Positions 28,430 through 42,560 of a stretch of DNA of 64,000 nucleotides are shown here, piece after piece. The stretch comes from the human T2T-CHM13v2.0 reference genome, Homo sapiens. Each line of letters begins with the position of its first letter. The stretch's first letter is position 1. The stretch lies in assembly GCF_009914755.1 (NCBI RefSeq), contig NC_060937.1. The stretch is one strand, 5' to 3'. The position numbers and the translations under genes were made by a program. The notes below the pieces were generated by a model that ran no database searches, was not told where the DNA came from, and saw only the letters and a program-made list of their open reading frames with translations.

Positions 28430-29431
28430 TGTAATTGATAATCCTCCACATCGCAGGAGTTATCCTTGATTTATCGAGGTCCTATTCCCAGACAATGCAT
28501 GGCCCTTCCTTACTCTAGTTTAACTTAATTTACCCCAAATTTTGCAGACATACATGTACATATGTATGCATGTGTGCATGTTCATCTTAAATTCACACCC
28601 TGCAAGAAAGTATACTTATTTTATTGGTCAACATCTGTTTTGATTTAGCCAAATGACTATCATTTTTTGTTGCTCATCATTCTTTTCTGAATGTCTGACC
28701 TCCACCTAGTATCATATTTCTTCTTCTGAAAGAACGCTTCTTAGTATTTGATTTAGTGCAGGTTTGCCTGTCATGAATTTTTAGTTCCTATTTCTCTAAA
28801 CATCTTGGAAATCCACCTCGATGTTTGAAAGGATATTTTGAACCAATAGAATTCTAGGTTGGCAATTATTTTCTTATAGTGCTTTGAAAATATCATTTTA
28901 TTGTCTTTTGGCTTTTTTCATTCTGTGTTTTATTTATTTATTTTATAGGTTAATTCCTAGTCATATTGTTTCTGTTCTCCACTCCAACCCACCTGATGTC
29001 TGTTTTAAAGGTGTTCTGTATTTTGGGAGTTGATAAGTTTTACTATGATGTTTTCAGGCGCTGTGGATTTTCTTTGTATTTATCCTGCTTAAGATTTGTA
29101 GAGTTTTTCAAATCTGAAGTTTTATCACTTTCATTCAATTTTGAAACTTCCTAGCCATTACCTCTTCAGGTATTGCTTCTGACCCATTTTATCCTTCTGT
29201 TAGAGCTTATCTTACATAAAAATTAGACTTTTTAAAAATACATTTCTTACCTATCTATATCCTTTCCCCCTATGCCTATTTCTCTCTCAGTGATTTTGAG
29301 TATTTTCTTTTAACCTATAGTCTACTTTACTAATTATCTCTTTAGCTGTGTCCAGTCTTCTCAGTTCTTAATTTCAAGTTTTATAAGTACTCAAATTTCC
29401 ATTTGACTTTTGTGGTTTAATATTATCTTCC

Positions 29432-29737
<306 letters not shown>

Positions 29738-31214
29738 CTTCCAATTGTCTATCTTATCCAGTTGTTTATCTTGATCTTTAATTTCCTTGAATGTAAATAT
29801 AGTTACCCTAAAGTCTTTGATTATTTATCAGAGCTACCTCTGTCATCTTGTGTTACTTTTGGTATTCAATAATATCTTCCTGTCTACTTATATTTCTTTT
29901 CTTGTTATTATTATGTGAAAAACCTATGTAGTATCTGAAAGATTATAAACATAATATGAAAGTACAAAGTGGTGTTTTCTTCCAGAAAAAAATGTATTTT
30001 TTTCTAGTAAGCATTAGCAATCCTAAAGGACCTTAATGAAGTCAAGGTTAGAGGGCCAGTCTTTTTTCGATTCACCACTTCTTTAAAGTGTAGTTCTATA
30101 GGATCTCAACCTATAGAATCATAAATCAGATAAACCTATAGAACCTTACATCATAAGGGTTTTTCTAAGCTTTTTTTCCTCTTTAGTAGGCTCTGAGCTC
30201 CAAAAATTTTGTTGAATTTCAATCATTCAGTTGCTTCTACCAAAACATGTCCATGGGAGAAGAGCGGTCCAGAAACCAAAATCATCTTAGAGTTTCTTCT
30301 TCAGGATCATGGTCAAATAATTGACTTCTGTCTTAACTCTCCATTTCCCTCAGAGAAGTGTTTTTGATTTTGTCCAGCTTTTTTAGTTGTTCTCAGCAGG
30401 AGAATTTGCCTATTACTAAAGGTAGAAATCCACATTATTTTTATATAGTTATTGTGTTTATGATCATATATTAGATGGAGTGTAAATGTTAAAATGGCTT
30501 GGTTTTTTTTAATCACTGATTTCAGCTGGATTATGTCAGATCCATTCCTTCTGATCCTTAATTATATAATAGAAAAATGTGTAACTTTTTGGTAATTTTT
30601 AAGTTGTATAAAGTTCATCCAATTAAACATTTTCAACTCCTTACATGACTTTCTTTATTTTAGTGAAGGGTTTTGATGGTAATTTTTTCCTTTCTTTAAA
30701 CTTGTCTATATTTTTATACTTAAAGCAGTTCTGCTTTTTAAAAAAATCAAACTGACAATTTTTATATTTTAATTGGTATTTCTACATCATTTGCATTCAG
30801 TATAATCACTGACATGATTGTATTGATATCTACCAATTTGGTAATTGTTTTAGAATAAATTGTTACTTTCCATCTGTACTTTATTTTCTTTTTCTTCTTT
30901 TATGCCCTCTGTTGGGTTAATGGAGTATTTTTTTTATTATTTCATTTTCTCTCCAATATTGTCTTATTGTAGACAATATTTCAAACATTTTTAAAATGCT
31001 TAAAATAAAAGACAACTTTTTAAACATTTTAGGGGCTTCTCTACGACTTACAATATAAATCTTTAAATTATCAGACTCAGTTTTTAATATTATTACAAAG
31101 TTTCATGTGTTAATAAAGATGCTTGTAACAGTTTACTCCTAATTCCTCTTTCACATCCTTAGTGTTAATGTTGTCATACGTTTTACTTTTATATATCTTA
31201 ACGAAGAAACAGTA

Positions 31215-31517
31215 GGCCGGGCATGGTGGCTCACACCTGTAATTCCAGCACTTGGGGAGGCTGAGGCGGGTGAATCACCTGAGGTCAGGAATTTGAGAGT
31301 ACTAGCCTGGCCAACATGCTGAAACCGCATCTCTAATAAAAATACAGAATTATCTGGGTGTGGTGGCATGTGCCTGTAATCCCAGCTACTCCGGAGTCTG
31401 AGGCAGGAGAATCACTTAGAACCCGGGAGGCAGAGGTTACAGTGAGCTGAGACTGTGCCACTGCACTCTAGCCTGGGCGACAGAGTGCGACTCTGTCTTG
31501 AAAAAGAAAAAGAAAAT
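31215..31517 (+). mobile_element. AluS
   Basis: ggccgggcatggtggctcacacc...; TSD aaacagta (31207-31214 / 31518-31525). Confidence 0.95.
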
Positions 31518-32103
31518 AAACAGTACACTGCTATTTTGCTCTAGACAGTGAATTTTATTTTAGAGCAATTAAAAATAAATGCATTTTATAGATTTATTTA
31601 TCTTTTCTAGCACTCTTGTTTGTATAAATCTGTTTTTGTCTGGTATATTCCTTATACTTGAACTACATTTAAAAGTATTCGTAGTACAAAGTCAGCTACA
31701 TGAATTACCTCCGTTTTTGTTGTCTAAAAGGTCTTTATTTTACCATCTTTTTCTAAAGAATTTTTTGGCTACATATAAAATTGTGGACTTATGTAATTTT
31801 AAAATGGCTTTGAAAGGGATTTCATCTCATTTCTTCTGGCTTGCACAGATTCTAATGAGAATGTCATTCTTATCTTTGTTCCTCTTTATGGAATGTGTCT
31901 TTATTCTCTGAATGCCTTCTTCAGATTTTCTCTTTATATTTGAATTTCAGCAGTGTATTATGTTACATATTTTTTTACTTATTTACTAAAATTCTAGTTG
32001 GTGTTTTCTGGGCTTCTTGTATCTGTAGTTTTATGACTTCATTGTTTTTGGAAAATTCTCACTCAATATCTCTTAACATATTTCTTCTGCTCTGGTATGT
32101 CTC

Positions 32104-32712
32104 TGTGTTAGTTTTCTATTGCTAGAATAACACGTTGCCACAAATTTGGCAGCTTAAATCAGCACTGATTTATTAATTATATCACAGTTCTGTAGGTTAA
32201 GAGTCCAACACTCAGGTCACACTGGGCTAAAATGCAGATGTTGGCAGGGCTGCATTTCTTATTGGAGACTCTGTTAGAAAATGAGCTTCCAGGCTCACTC
32301 AGGTTATTAGCATAATTCGGTTCTGTATGGCTGTAGAACACATGGACCTGTTTATTTGCCTGCTGTCAGAGGCTTCCCTTATCTCCTAGAATTCGCCTTG
32401 CGCATGGCCTCCTACATTCGGCATTAGTAATAATGCATCCAGTTTTTCTCAAACTTGGGATCTGTCTGTTTTCCTCTTATACGTATCTTTTCTGCCTTCC
32501 TCTTTTGCTGTACTTCTCTAGCCAGAGAGTTTTCTGCTTTTTAGAACACATGTAGACTGAACCTACCTACGTAATCTAGGATAATCTATTTTAATGCCCA
32601 TAACCTTAATTTCACTTGCAAAATTCTTTTTGCCATGTAATATAGTTTATTCAAAGATTCCAGGGATTATGGTTTAGGTATCTTTGTGGAGCCATTATTT
32701 GGCATACCAGCA
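32104..32712 (-). mobile_element. MLT1 (MaLR) LTR
   Basis: tgtgttagttttctattgct...cacagttctgtaggt...ttgccatgtaa...ttccagggatta. Confidence 0.8.
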
Positions 32713-34399
32713 TACTGCACTTCTCTTTCTGTGACTCCAATCACATTTATATAAAATTATTTGATACTGTTTAATAGCTTTTGAATGCACCAATGTGCAC
32801 ACTCCGTTTGAGTGTGTATATATTCTTTTTTCTTTTTGTTTTAATATGTCTATATTTTATTGGCCTATCTTCAAATTCACTGAGTCTTTCCTTGGCTTCA
32901 TTGAGTCTTTTGATAAGTCCATTGAAGGCATATCATTTCTTTTACTGTATTTTTTATTTCTACCATTGTTTCTTCTTTACAGTTTCTTACTTTTGCTGAA
33001 AATTTCCATCTGTTTATGTATGTTGTCTGCCTTTTCAGCTATTAACTCTTGACATGTTAATCACAGTTATTTTAAATTATTTTATAGTTCCAACATAGGG
33101 TTCATCTGTGATTTTGATTCTATCGGTTTTTCTCTGGCTTTTTTTGTTTGTTTGTTTCTTCATGTGTAAGGTAATTTTTAGTTGAAAACTGGACATCATG
33201 TATAGGATAGTAGTTCCTGACAGTCGTATTTGTGCTCTAAATGGGTCTGCCTCTCCTTATGCTAAGCCTTTTGTGAGAGGGGTTGAGTCATTTTAGTCTG
33301 GAATTGAGCAGGGTTTATGTTTTCTTGTTGTTTTTGTTACTCTCTGTGTACCACGGACTTTAAATTTCTCTACTTTTACTTTGTGTTTAGTTAGGTGCTA
33401 GTTTTTCAGAGTGTCTTACTCACTATTTCTGTTCTACCCTGTTCTGATTCAGAGAGGTTCTCTACACTATGTAGTCCCTTCTGCAATAGTAGACTACTGT
33501 TATCTGTTACTGGGTGCTTGCAAGCCTGGTGTTCAAGGGTTCTCTTTTGTCCTGGTCTAGACTCCATTTTAGTCAAGTGCTGTCCTGGATCTTGAAGGTA
33601 GGGCTTTTTCAGTGATTTTATGTATTTCTACATGATTGGGGATCTGTAAATTTCAGGACTCAGAACGTTTCCCTTCCCCTCCCTCAGAGTAGAGGGTTTT
33701 TTATGTTCCTTTCCTCCAGCTGCAACAGGCCTCCTACTGTGCCCCAAAAGTGACAGGATTTGTTGTCTTTCTCTCAAATGCATAAGGCTTCCATTCTGTA
33801 GAGGAGATAGGAAGAAGGATCTAGGCAGAACTTTGTATCTTTTCTGCAGCAATTAATTCTCCCTCCTTTAACCTGGAGCAATGAAGGAAGTTTTCTGCAG
33901 TCTTCCATGCTGCCTCCAATTTTTCTCCTGAATACTGGTTAGGTTTGAATGGAAGAGGCTGGGCATCGTTGCAAACGCCCCTTGTGTCTATAGCTCTGGG
34001 GGTTTTATTCTCTTATAGTTCACACATGGACTTCAGAAATTTATTTAAAAAATTTAGCTGATTTTTTTCTTGCCAGCTTAATGTGGTGCCCAGTGCTGCT
34101 GCTTCCTGTTCTCTGCCTCAGGTTAGCAAGTTCATGCATCCTAAGTCTTCTTGGAGTTCCTATCCTCAGATTTCAAGCTGTTTGGTTACCTAGCAACCTC
34201 AGCTCTCTGATGAGGCCTAACAAAGTTATAATTCTTTAGATTATCTGGCTTTTTCTTGTGATTTTTGTGGGAATGACTCTAGTTTTCTACATCTGAAATA
34301 GAAGTCCTCTATTTAATTTTAAAAGTTCAAATTCTTAGTTGATTTTTCAATTTATATATTCAAAAATATTATATTTTACTAAATACTACACTACAAAAT

Positions 34400-34820
34400 G
34401 CTCATTAACTGCTATTCCAGAAAACAAATTCTTTCGGTGCTTTACTGGGGAATATTCTTGATAACACCACCTGTAAATAAGTGGCAGTGGAAGATTGGTC
34501 TGAAGGAAAAGTAATGCAATTGTAAGAGATATTCCAGGCCACTCCATGGGAAAGCTCTGAAATTGGAATGGCTCCAGAGGTGTCCTCAATTGGGTCAAAG
34601 GAGCTGGGGTTTTTCATTTTTCTTCTAATTGACCATTGTTTGAATTCACACTGCTCCTAATGAGGGGGCTTAACCTTGGGTGAAGCAGCTCCCTTCTAGG
34701 GAGGGATTCAGCTGTGAGCCATCACCCCACAGTTCTCCTCAGAACTCTCCAGGGAAAGAATGTCTCTATCCTAAAAGAGGATCTTGGATCTTGGTGAGAC
34801 ACCACAGCTCCTACTACATT
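34400..34820. mobile_element. Possible old ERVL LTR (LTR16-like) fragment
   Basis: catgggaaagctctg...accttgggtgaagcagctc motifs; weak recognition. Confidence 0.35.
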
Positions 34821-35149
34821 AAAATATTTTTTTAAATATACGAAATATTGTATTTAGGAGCATAAATGTTATTATTACAATTTTCCTGTCAAATATTTAA
34901 GATACAATTAGCCTTACCCTTTTTATCACTAGATTTGTTGTTTGGTTTTAGTTAGACTTACATTCTTGAGTTTATATTTTTATTTCACTATAGTTAAATT
35001 TTGTGTCATTTAATTTAAGTGATTGACTGGAAACAAGGAATTGTTCTACATCTTTTTTTTTTTTTTTTTTACTTTCGTAATTAGCACACTCCAAAAAACT
35101 TTTCTAAGTTGGGGATGTCTAAGGGCATCCCCAAAAAAGCATTACATAA

Positions 35150-35267
35150 TGTCTATTCACAGATGCGATCATGGCACACAACAGCTCTGAATTCCTGGGC
35201 TCAAGTGATTTTCCTGCCTCAGCTTCCTAAGTTGTTGGGACTAGAGGTTTGCATCATCATGCTCACG
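35150..35267 (-). mobile_element. FAM (fossil Alu monomer, 7SL-derived) fragment
   Basis: ctattcacagatgcgatcatggcacacaacagc is FAM/7SL-like rather than dimeric Alu. Confidence 0.7.
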
Positions 35268-36742
35268 TAGGCATTACACATCTTAAAACTTGAAAAATGT
35301 TTACTTGGAATTTTGTTTACGATATAAAGCAGTAAACTTTTTACTTATAAAAATATTCTATTTAGCTTCAATTTCTTAGTCTTCTATAGCTTTATCTACT
35401 TTTTTAACCTTTTCATCATGCACTTGAAAATAATTCTGTTTAGGAGTAATAAAGACAAAATGCCAGTTTTAAATTTATAAGATCACAGGGAAGTAAAATA
35501 AGTAAGCATTTTTTTTTTCAATATCATGTTTTCCGTAGCGGCCACAACCTTAGAAAGCTGTAACTTAATAAAATTGTCAGTAGGTAATTATGTCACAGGT
35601 TTGCAGATCTAGGATACATTTACTCATCAGCTATTTTAGTATGTTAAATTATATTTAATATTAGAAATTTAGTGACAACAGACACAGTATTTGAGTTGTG
35701 TCAATTCCTAGTCATAATATATAGCTGATAAGAATTTAACTTTACAATGTGTGTTTATTCTATCATTAATACTCTCTTAATCTTGTCTTTTCATCTGTGT
35801 TTACCTAAACCCAATCAGTTCACTTACCGATGCCTACATTTCCTCATTTACATAGGAGCATTCAATTAATAAAAATCTACTATAGAATTCACTAGTATAA
35901 TAATTTCTTTTATGTCTGAGTAAATCTTTTAGGTACAATACTTAAGGGTATGTAATTATTTCTTTTTGTTCTATGTTTTCTTATTATAAACTACCTATTT
36001 TATATGATTTAAGAAATGAATTAGGAAATTTAAGCACTCTAATCTTTCAAATCGAATTGTTGTTTATTATATTTGTGACATTGTGCTAAGTACCTAGGAG
36101 AATACAAAAAGTAAATAAAATCAAAAATAAGTAAAAATGACTTTATGAAGTAGCACAAACATAAGGGTGTTTGTTAAAATAGAATACACAATGTATGTAG
36201 GGCCCTAAATAAGAATAGAATTATTATATTTTTCTAGAATTCTAAAACATATAACATTAAGAAAAGATCACTTTGTTATGAACTATGTTTATAAGGGGAT
36301 TCATTTAGATGACAGGAGAGAAAAATCTTCTTTTTTTTTTTTACTGATTTGTGTACTTAAAATTACCATGGCTTTGGATATTTCTTGAGGCCAGTTACAT
36401 TTGGCAAGATTTGATAATAATTAAGCCGTGGGTTTTCATACATTATTTTTCCCATGGATTAATTGTATTTTTATTCATACGAATTTCTTAGAATTAAGTG
36501 TGAATGAGACTTCCTTAATACAGGTAAAAGCCAATACATGATTGCAGTTTTTAAAAACCATAATTGTAAGCTTTTGTGTTTTAAGTCATATTGTTTTAAT
36601 CCAATCATTGGAGCTATAGAATTTCATCTAAAGCCTTATTATTTCCTTTGAATATTTTGTTTTGAGTTGGTAATTTTGTTAGAGTGGTTTATAATTTCTC
36701 AAGTTTCAGCAAGAATTTTCTTCATGGAAATAAGTAATTCTC

Positions 36743-37054
36743 TTTTTTTTTTTTTATTTGTGTAAATTTAAGGGATACAAGTGCAATTTTGTTTTGTGGA
36801 TATATTGCGTAGTTGTGAAGTCTGGGCTTTTAGTGTATTCATCACCTGAATAATGTACATGATACCCATTAAGTAATTTCTTACCTCTCGCTCCCACCTT
36901 CCACCCTCCAGCCTTTCCAAGTCACCAGCCTCCAGTGTCTATCATTCCATATTCTATGTCCATGTGTATACATCATTTAGCGCCCACTTATAAGTGAGAA
37001 CATGTGGTATTCGCCTTTCTGTTTGAGTCACTTAAGATAATGGCCTCCTGTTCC
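36743..37054 (-). mobile_element. 5'-truncated L1PB-type 3' end
   Basis: Poly-T followed by tacaagtgcaattttg...cccacttataagtgagaacatg...ataatggcctcc. Confidence 0.85.
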
Positions 37055-37392
37055 AGTAATTTAATTCTTTTTCTTAAGAGTTTACACTTACTATTAAGAA
37101 AAATAGCCAAATTCAAAATAGTCATCAATCAAGCATCTTAAACACATCATTAGTGTGACTTAAGGGGAAAAAATAGACTGGGGAGAATAGAATGAGTGGC
37201 TTGAAATTGTATGCTTTTCAAACCACACTTGATAAAGTCTGTGGTTAGAGCCCAAGAACTTAACCAAATATTAAGTTATTAGAGTATAAGATTATAAAAC
37301 TCACTCAGACTGTGCAGGGCAGATTCCCCTACATAGGGAAATACACCTTTGTATTACTTCTGTGCATAAAATGTCTTAGACTAAATGAATAG

Positions 37393-37703
<311 letters not shown>

Positions 37704-39155
37704 TGAATGTTTTTGAATAAATGAAAGTAAACTTTCAGAGAAAACTCAAAAATCACTCTTTAGAATTTTCCCCTAAAGTCAGTATATTATGCCAGTTTTT
37801 CTTACAAAAATAATTTGCTGAAGAATACCTGGTTTTATTCTGGTGGCTATATGTTCTTTGTATTTTTATTTTAAGGAGAAAATTTTATTTATTTTTATAG
37901 GACTTAAGGGCATGGGCTTTTCTCACATTAACATAGCTTTTAATTTATTTTTTTACATATTAACAGATAGCTGTCTCATGTGTCTTGGAATTGGGGAAAA
38001 GGAGTTTTACATTGTGTGTTTCTTTGAGATGAGAATGGAAATAACAAAATGACAATATAGCCACAATATGTCTTTTTTGGTATTTTTTGTAATTAATCCT
38101 TATTTTCAGGCGATAAAGGAGGTTCTTAGGCTGAAGTTTATGTTTGTACCATTTTCTTTCAGAATTTAAATTGTGTAACAATGAAGCTAATTTATACAGC
38201 ATTTACAACCTTCTTTGGAATACATTGTGGGGAATCTGTAAAAAGCAACAACAACAAAAGCTTTCTTCACTATGAAAAATGAGGATGAAGTTTTTCCATT
38301 TAGAATATTTTGCTGTTGTAATTCCAGCAGAATTATTTGATAATGGTTTATATACATAAAACTTCTAATCTCTTGCTGAGTAAAATATTATATTCTTTGC
38401 CCCCTATTAGAAAATTAAAATTCTCATTGCAGGATGATACGTAAGAGCAACATTTACTATTCTAATAAATTTTATAAGAAAATATTTGCAAAAAAATCTT
38501 AATAGGGATTCACTTTCTGAGAAATATCTGTTTTTATCTATTACCCTTTAGTCAAGATAATCGATAATAATGTATATTTATACATACTTACAGAAGTAAT
38601 CAGTTGCTCGGATTAATTGAAGTTCTATTTTGTATTTAACTTAATCACCAGTAACAGTATTTTTGTAATTCTGAAGCCTCTAAATCACACCGAAATCTGT
38701 AAAATAGGGGAGAAAGTTCTCAACCTAGGATAAAAAATGTTCCTGGCTTTAACTCAATAATAGTACATTAAATCCAATAGCTATGATGCAACCCTCCATT
38801 AATCAATAATTTTTATAATTTTACTCTCACTTATTAATCTTAAATAAAAATAATCATACTTCATTTATAATTGAGCATCAGAAACTATTATATCTAGATT
38901 TTTCTCCTTTTAATAAACTCACTCTTACCATTCTTACCATTTCTTAGTAGAGGGAATTAGTTTAGCTGGGAAGAGCTGTAGGACATGATTCTAGAGATTT
39001 GAAGGAATTAATGAAATTGTAGATTCAAAAAAGAATCTCTTTGTATTCACTAACAGGTAACTTACTGTGATTATGCTTATTCGGTGACTTCAGGTAGCCT
39101 TTCTTTTGCTTGCTTCTTTGTTAATTCTTTCTAATAGTAAATACTCTCATTAAAA

Positions 39156-39341
39156 CAGTCATTCTCAAAGTGTGTTTCCTGGATCAGCAGCATCAACACC
39201 ACTGACTGAGAATTTGTACTTCTAACAAATGCTTGCCGTACACACAGACCTGCTGAATCAGAGACTAGGGTGGGGCTCAGCAGTCTGGTTATACAGACTC
39301 TCCAGATAATTCTGATCCACATTAAAGCTTGAGAACCAGTG
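39156..39341. mobile_element. MER5A, full length
   Basis: cagtcattctcaaagtgtg...cagacctgctgaatcagag...ttgagaaccagtg. Confidence 0.8.
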
Positions 39342-39974
39342 TCTTCAGGAGGTCCTTGCTTTAGGAATTACAGAGTAGGGGAGACTATTGAAATCTCTTA
39401 ATTTCAGTAAGTCTGCCAAATCCCCTTCAAATCCCTTTTTCTTACGGGAAAATGTTCCTCCAGAATTTTCTAAATATATGTGGCAGTGATCAAACTTGAG
39501 TTTTCTCCATGGTTTCTCCTTTCTCTAGAGCTGTTGACACGGGTAAGAGGAGACAGAGTTAAACAGAAGTGCTGATGGTGATACTTAGAGTGCTCAAAGA
39601 TTTGAAACTTGGCTGTTTCCAATTTAGGAAAGAAGTCATCCGATATTATTCTCTAATAGCTATTTAATTGCTTAAAAAATTTAAAAAGAGGCCATAGTTT
39701 AGTTTTAAACCTTAGTAATATATTGCAAATTATTTTATGGTTAATTACCTTTTTTTCATTTATAAATTTTTGCCTCATGTGTAACAAAATGTTACCTGGC
39801 ATTGTGGCAGACCTTGTATTATTTTGTAACATTGTTTAATTGCTAACTGTACATATCGTCTGTGTAGAAGAATGTGTACTCATCTAATATATTGACTTTG
39901 GTTTGTTTAATGTATCAGAATCACATTTTGTGAGTGTAAATATGGGTGTGTTCAAAGTAGAGCAAAAAAGTGAA

Positions 39975-40170
39975 CATTATTGACCTCTCACTGTGTGCTG
40001 GGTGCTTTTCTGTGCACTTTATATCCCTTAGCTTGTTTAATCCTCACTGGGTAGGTACTGCAATCATCTTCATTTTGCAGACATAGAAAGCCTAATGTGC
40101 CTAAGGTCACCTAGCTAGTATATGATAGAGCCAGGATTCTAGTCTAAGCAGTCTTACTCCAAAGCACTTT
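39975..40170. mobile_element. MIR
   Basis: tttaatcctcac...gtaggtact...cattttgcaga...cctaaggtcac..agctagt...agagccaggatt. Confidence 0.7.
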
Positions 40171-40859
40171 TATCTAAGACAGATAAATCTGTTACTATGT
40201 TATTCATTTGTCTAAGCAGAAATATTTTCCTCCTCCCCATTTTTTACTTTTACATGTACCAAAGTATTTTTAAGAATGTCAAGTAGTGCTTATGTATGGC
40301 TATTAACTTAAAATTCAACAGTGAACTATATAATAATACAGCAGTTTGTAAAGAAAAGTAAATAGGCTTATGAAATGGAAAATGCCTACTTTGGCAAAGC
40401 ATTCAACTGTATTACAACGAATTTCAGTTATTCCCTTATTTGTCCAGATTTCAGGTAATACCTCCTTGAGAGCAAGAATTAAATTATTTGTAACTGGCAC
40501 AGGGACCCACATTGTCAGTGTTCCAGATCATTTTCTTTGATGGATAGATACATAGAGAAGGCATACAAAAACTCATTTACATGACGCTCATAGAGCGGTG
40601 GACAGTCTTTGGCCCTTTCGGGTGGCATAACCCCAATTCTTTTTCATAGTATAGTCATTGCAATTTAGCTGAAACCTTTCAGTAGCCTTATGACTGTTTG
40701 TGAAACTGTACAGGGTATCCCTTATACATGAAGCTTGTTATTATTCCATGGGCTAGAAAGGACATTTATGATTTTTAAAGATTTTAATTTAGAAGTAAAG
40801 TTTATTTGACATTTTATATTGAATTATATTTATTAGTTTTTATGTCTTAATTTCAACAG

Positions 40860-40987
40860 CATCACTGCAAAACTTGAAAGAGCGTTAGAAAAAGTTGCTC
40901 CTCTTCTTCGTGAAATTTTTGTAGACTTTGCCCCATTCCTATCTCGTACACTTCTTGGCAGTCATGGACAAGAGCTATTGATAGAAG
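40860..40987 (+). CDS. NBEA: NBEA internal coding exon D (128 nt, phase 2 to 1): [44 protein letters not shown]
   Basis: Not in the ORF track; translated by hand. Acceptor tatgtcttaatttcaacag|C; donor GAAG|gtatga; peptide is the conserved NBEA/LRBA block preceding the DUF1088-PH-BEACH region. Confidence 0.95.
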
Positions 40988-41789
40988 GTATGATTTCTCT
41001 ATTATAATTATTTTAGTTTCCTATAATGTATGTATTAATCATGGCATAATTTGTGCTTCTGGAGGAATATATATTTCCAAAAGAATGTAAAGGCATTACT
41101 TCACAAATTCTAATAAGATATTCAATATGTTTTCTCTTCACTCATTTTTTTTAAATAACATGTTTGCATGGTCAATGCCAGTAAGAAAACTTTGAAGATG
41201 AAGAACGTTGAAAAGGTGTCAGAATGGGAGGCTTTGGCTCTTTAATCCATCTATCAGGGCTGATGTATATCCTGTCATTAAGATAACCTGTTTATTAAGC
41301 AGTGATCTCTGAAATTTCCTTCTGACTCTGAGAGCCATGCACCTTTAAGTGATTTTTCTTATTCACATAACATTTGTAGTGTGGGAATCCTTAACTAAGA
41401 AGACATTAAAAATCTAGAGAAATACTTAACAAAGAATTGATGAACCCATTGTCTCCTCAACAGCAGCTTACATACAGTAAGGAGGCAAAGGAGAAAAATT
41501 TACAAGGAGAGTGGCTTTGAAAAATATGGTTAATCAAAATCGTATTTCTTTTTAAAAAGTTTTGTTTTATGAATATTTCTGAGCTTCAGAAAGAATTAGA
41601 TAATATCAAGATGATCTGTAGGTGAATAATGGCTTTAGATGCTGTTTCAGGTAGTCCTGGGATTTAGCATCCTTGTATATCTTTTTTGCTTTTCACTTCC
41701 TGTTTACTGTAGAAGAAAGAGAGTTTTCCTGTGCCTGTTCTGTTATTGTCCCAACTGCTTCTACACAGTGTTTCTATTAGGAAGACTGT

Positions 41790-42560
41790 GATAGTTAATG
41801 ACTCGGCATCTGGGAGCTGACTTTGAATCCTAGTTCAACTACTTTCTTAGCTTTGTGGCCTTTGTGAATTACTTAGCCACTTTGTATCTTAGTTTCCTTT
41901 CTATAAATTGGAGTCAGTGATACAGCACTTTAGGGTTCTTGTGAAGATTAAATTATGCAAGGCATTTGAAGCTCTTAGAATATTGTCACATAATGAGCTT
42001 CTCAGGTTTCCAAAAGTACTGAGTTCCTTCTGGGCTAGGTACTATGTTACATAGTTTTGATATATTAGTAAACAGACAAAGACGCTTTTCTTCAGATGGA
42101 GCATATATTCTAACAAGGACACAAAATCAATAAGCATTAAACAAAATGAATAATTAAATTACATAGCATGCTAGAAGATAGTGAATGTTATGTAAAAGGA
42201 TAAATACAACACAGAGAATTGGGATTACAGAATGACAAGGTTAGGCTGAAGTTTAAAGAGAGTGGTCAATTTTAAATAGGCCTCATGGTAAAAGTTACAT
42301 TTGAGCAAAACCTTACATAATAAGTAATAAAACTTACTTAATAAGTGCCATACAGCTTATTAGATGAGGAGTGTTCTATGCAGAGAGAATAGTCAGTACA
42401 TTGGCCCTAAAATGATAGAAAGATGTTCTTGGTATGATCTACCAACAGCAAAAATGCCAGTCTCATGTGAACCAGAAGGACAGTAGTCGAATATTAGGGC
42501 CAGAGAGGTAATGGGTTCTTTGGCTTTAACTAGTGTGTTGTAGGGAGGCTGCTGATGTTT
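41790..42560. mobile_element. MIR followed by an antisense L2 fragment
   Basis: tttgaatcctagttcaactact...gtgaagattaaat; then acatttgagcaaaacct...ggccctaa. Confidence 0.55.
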
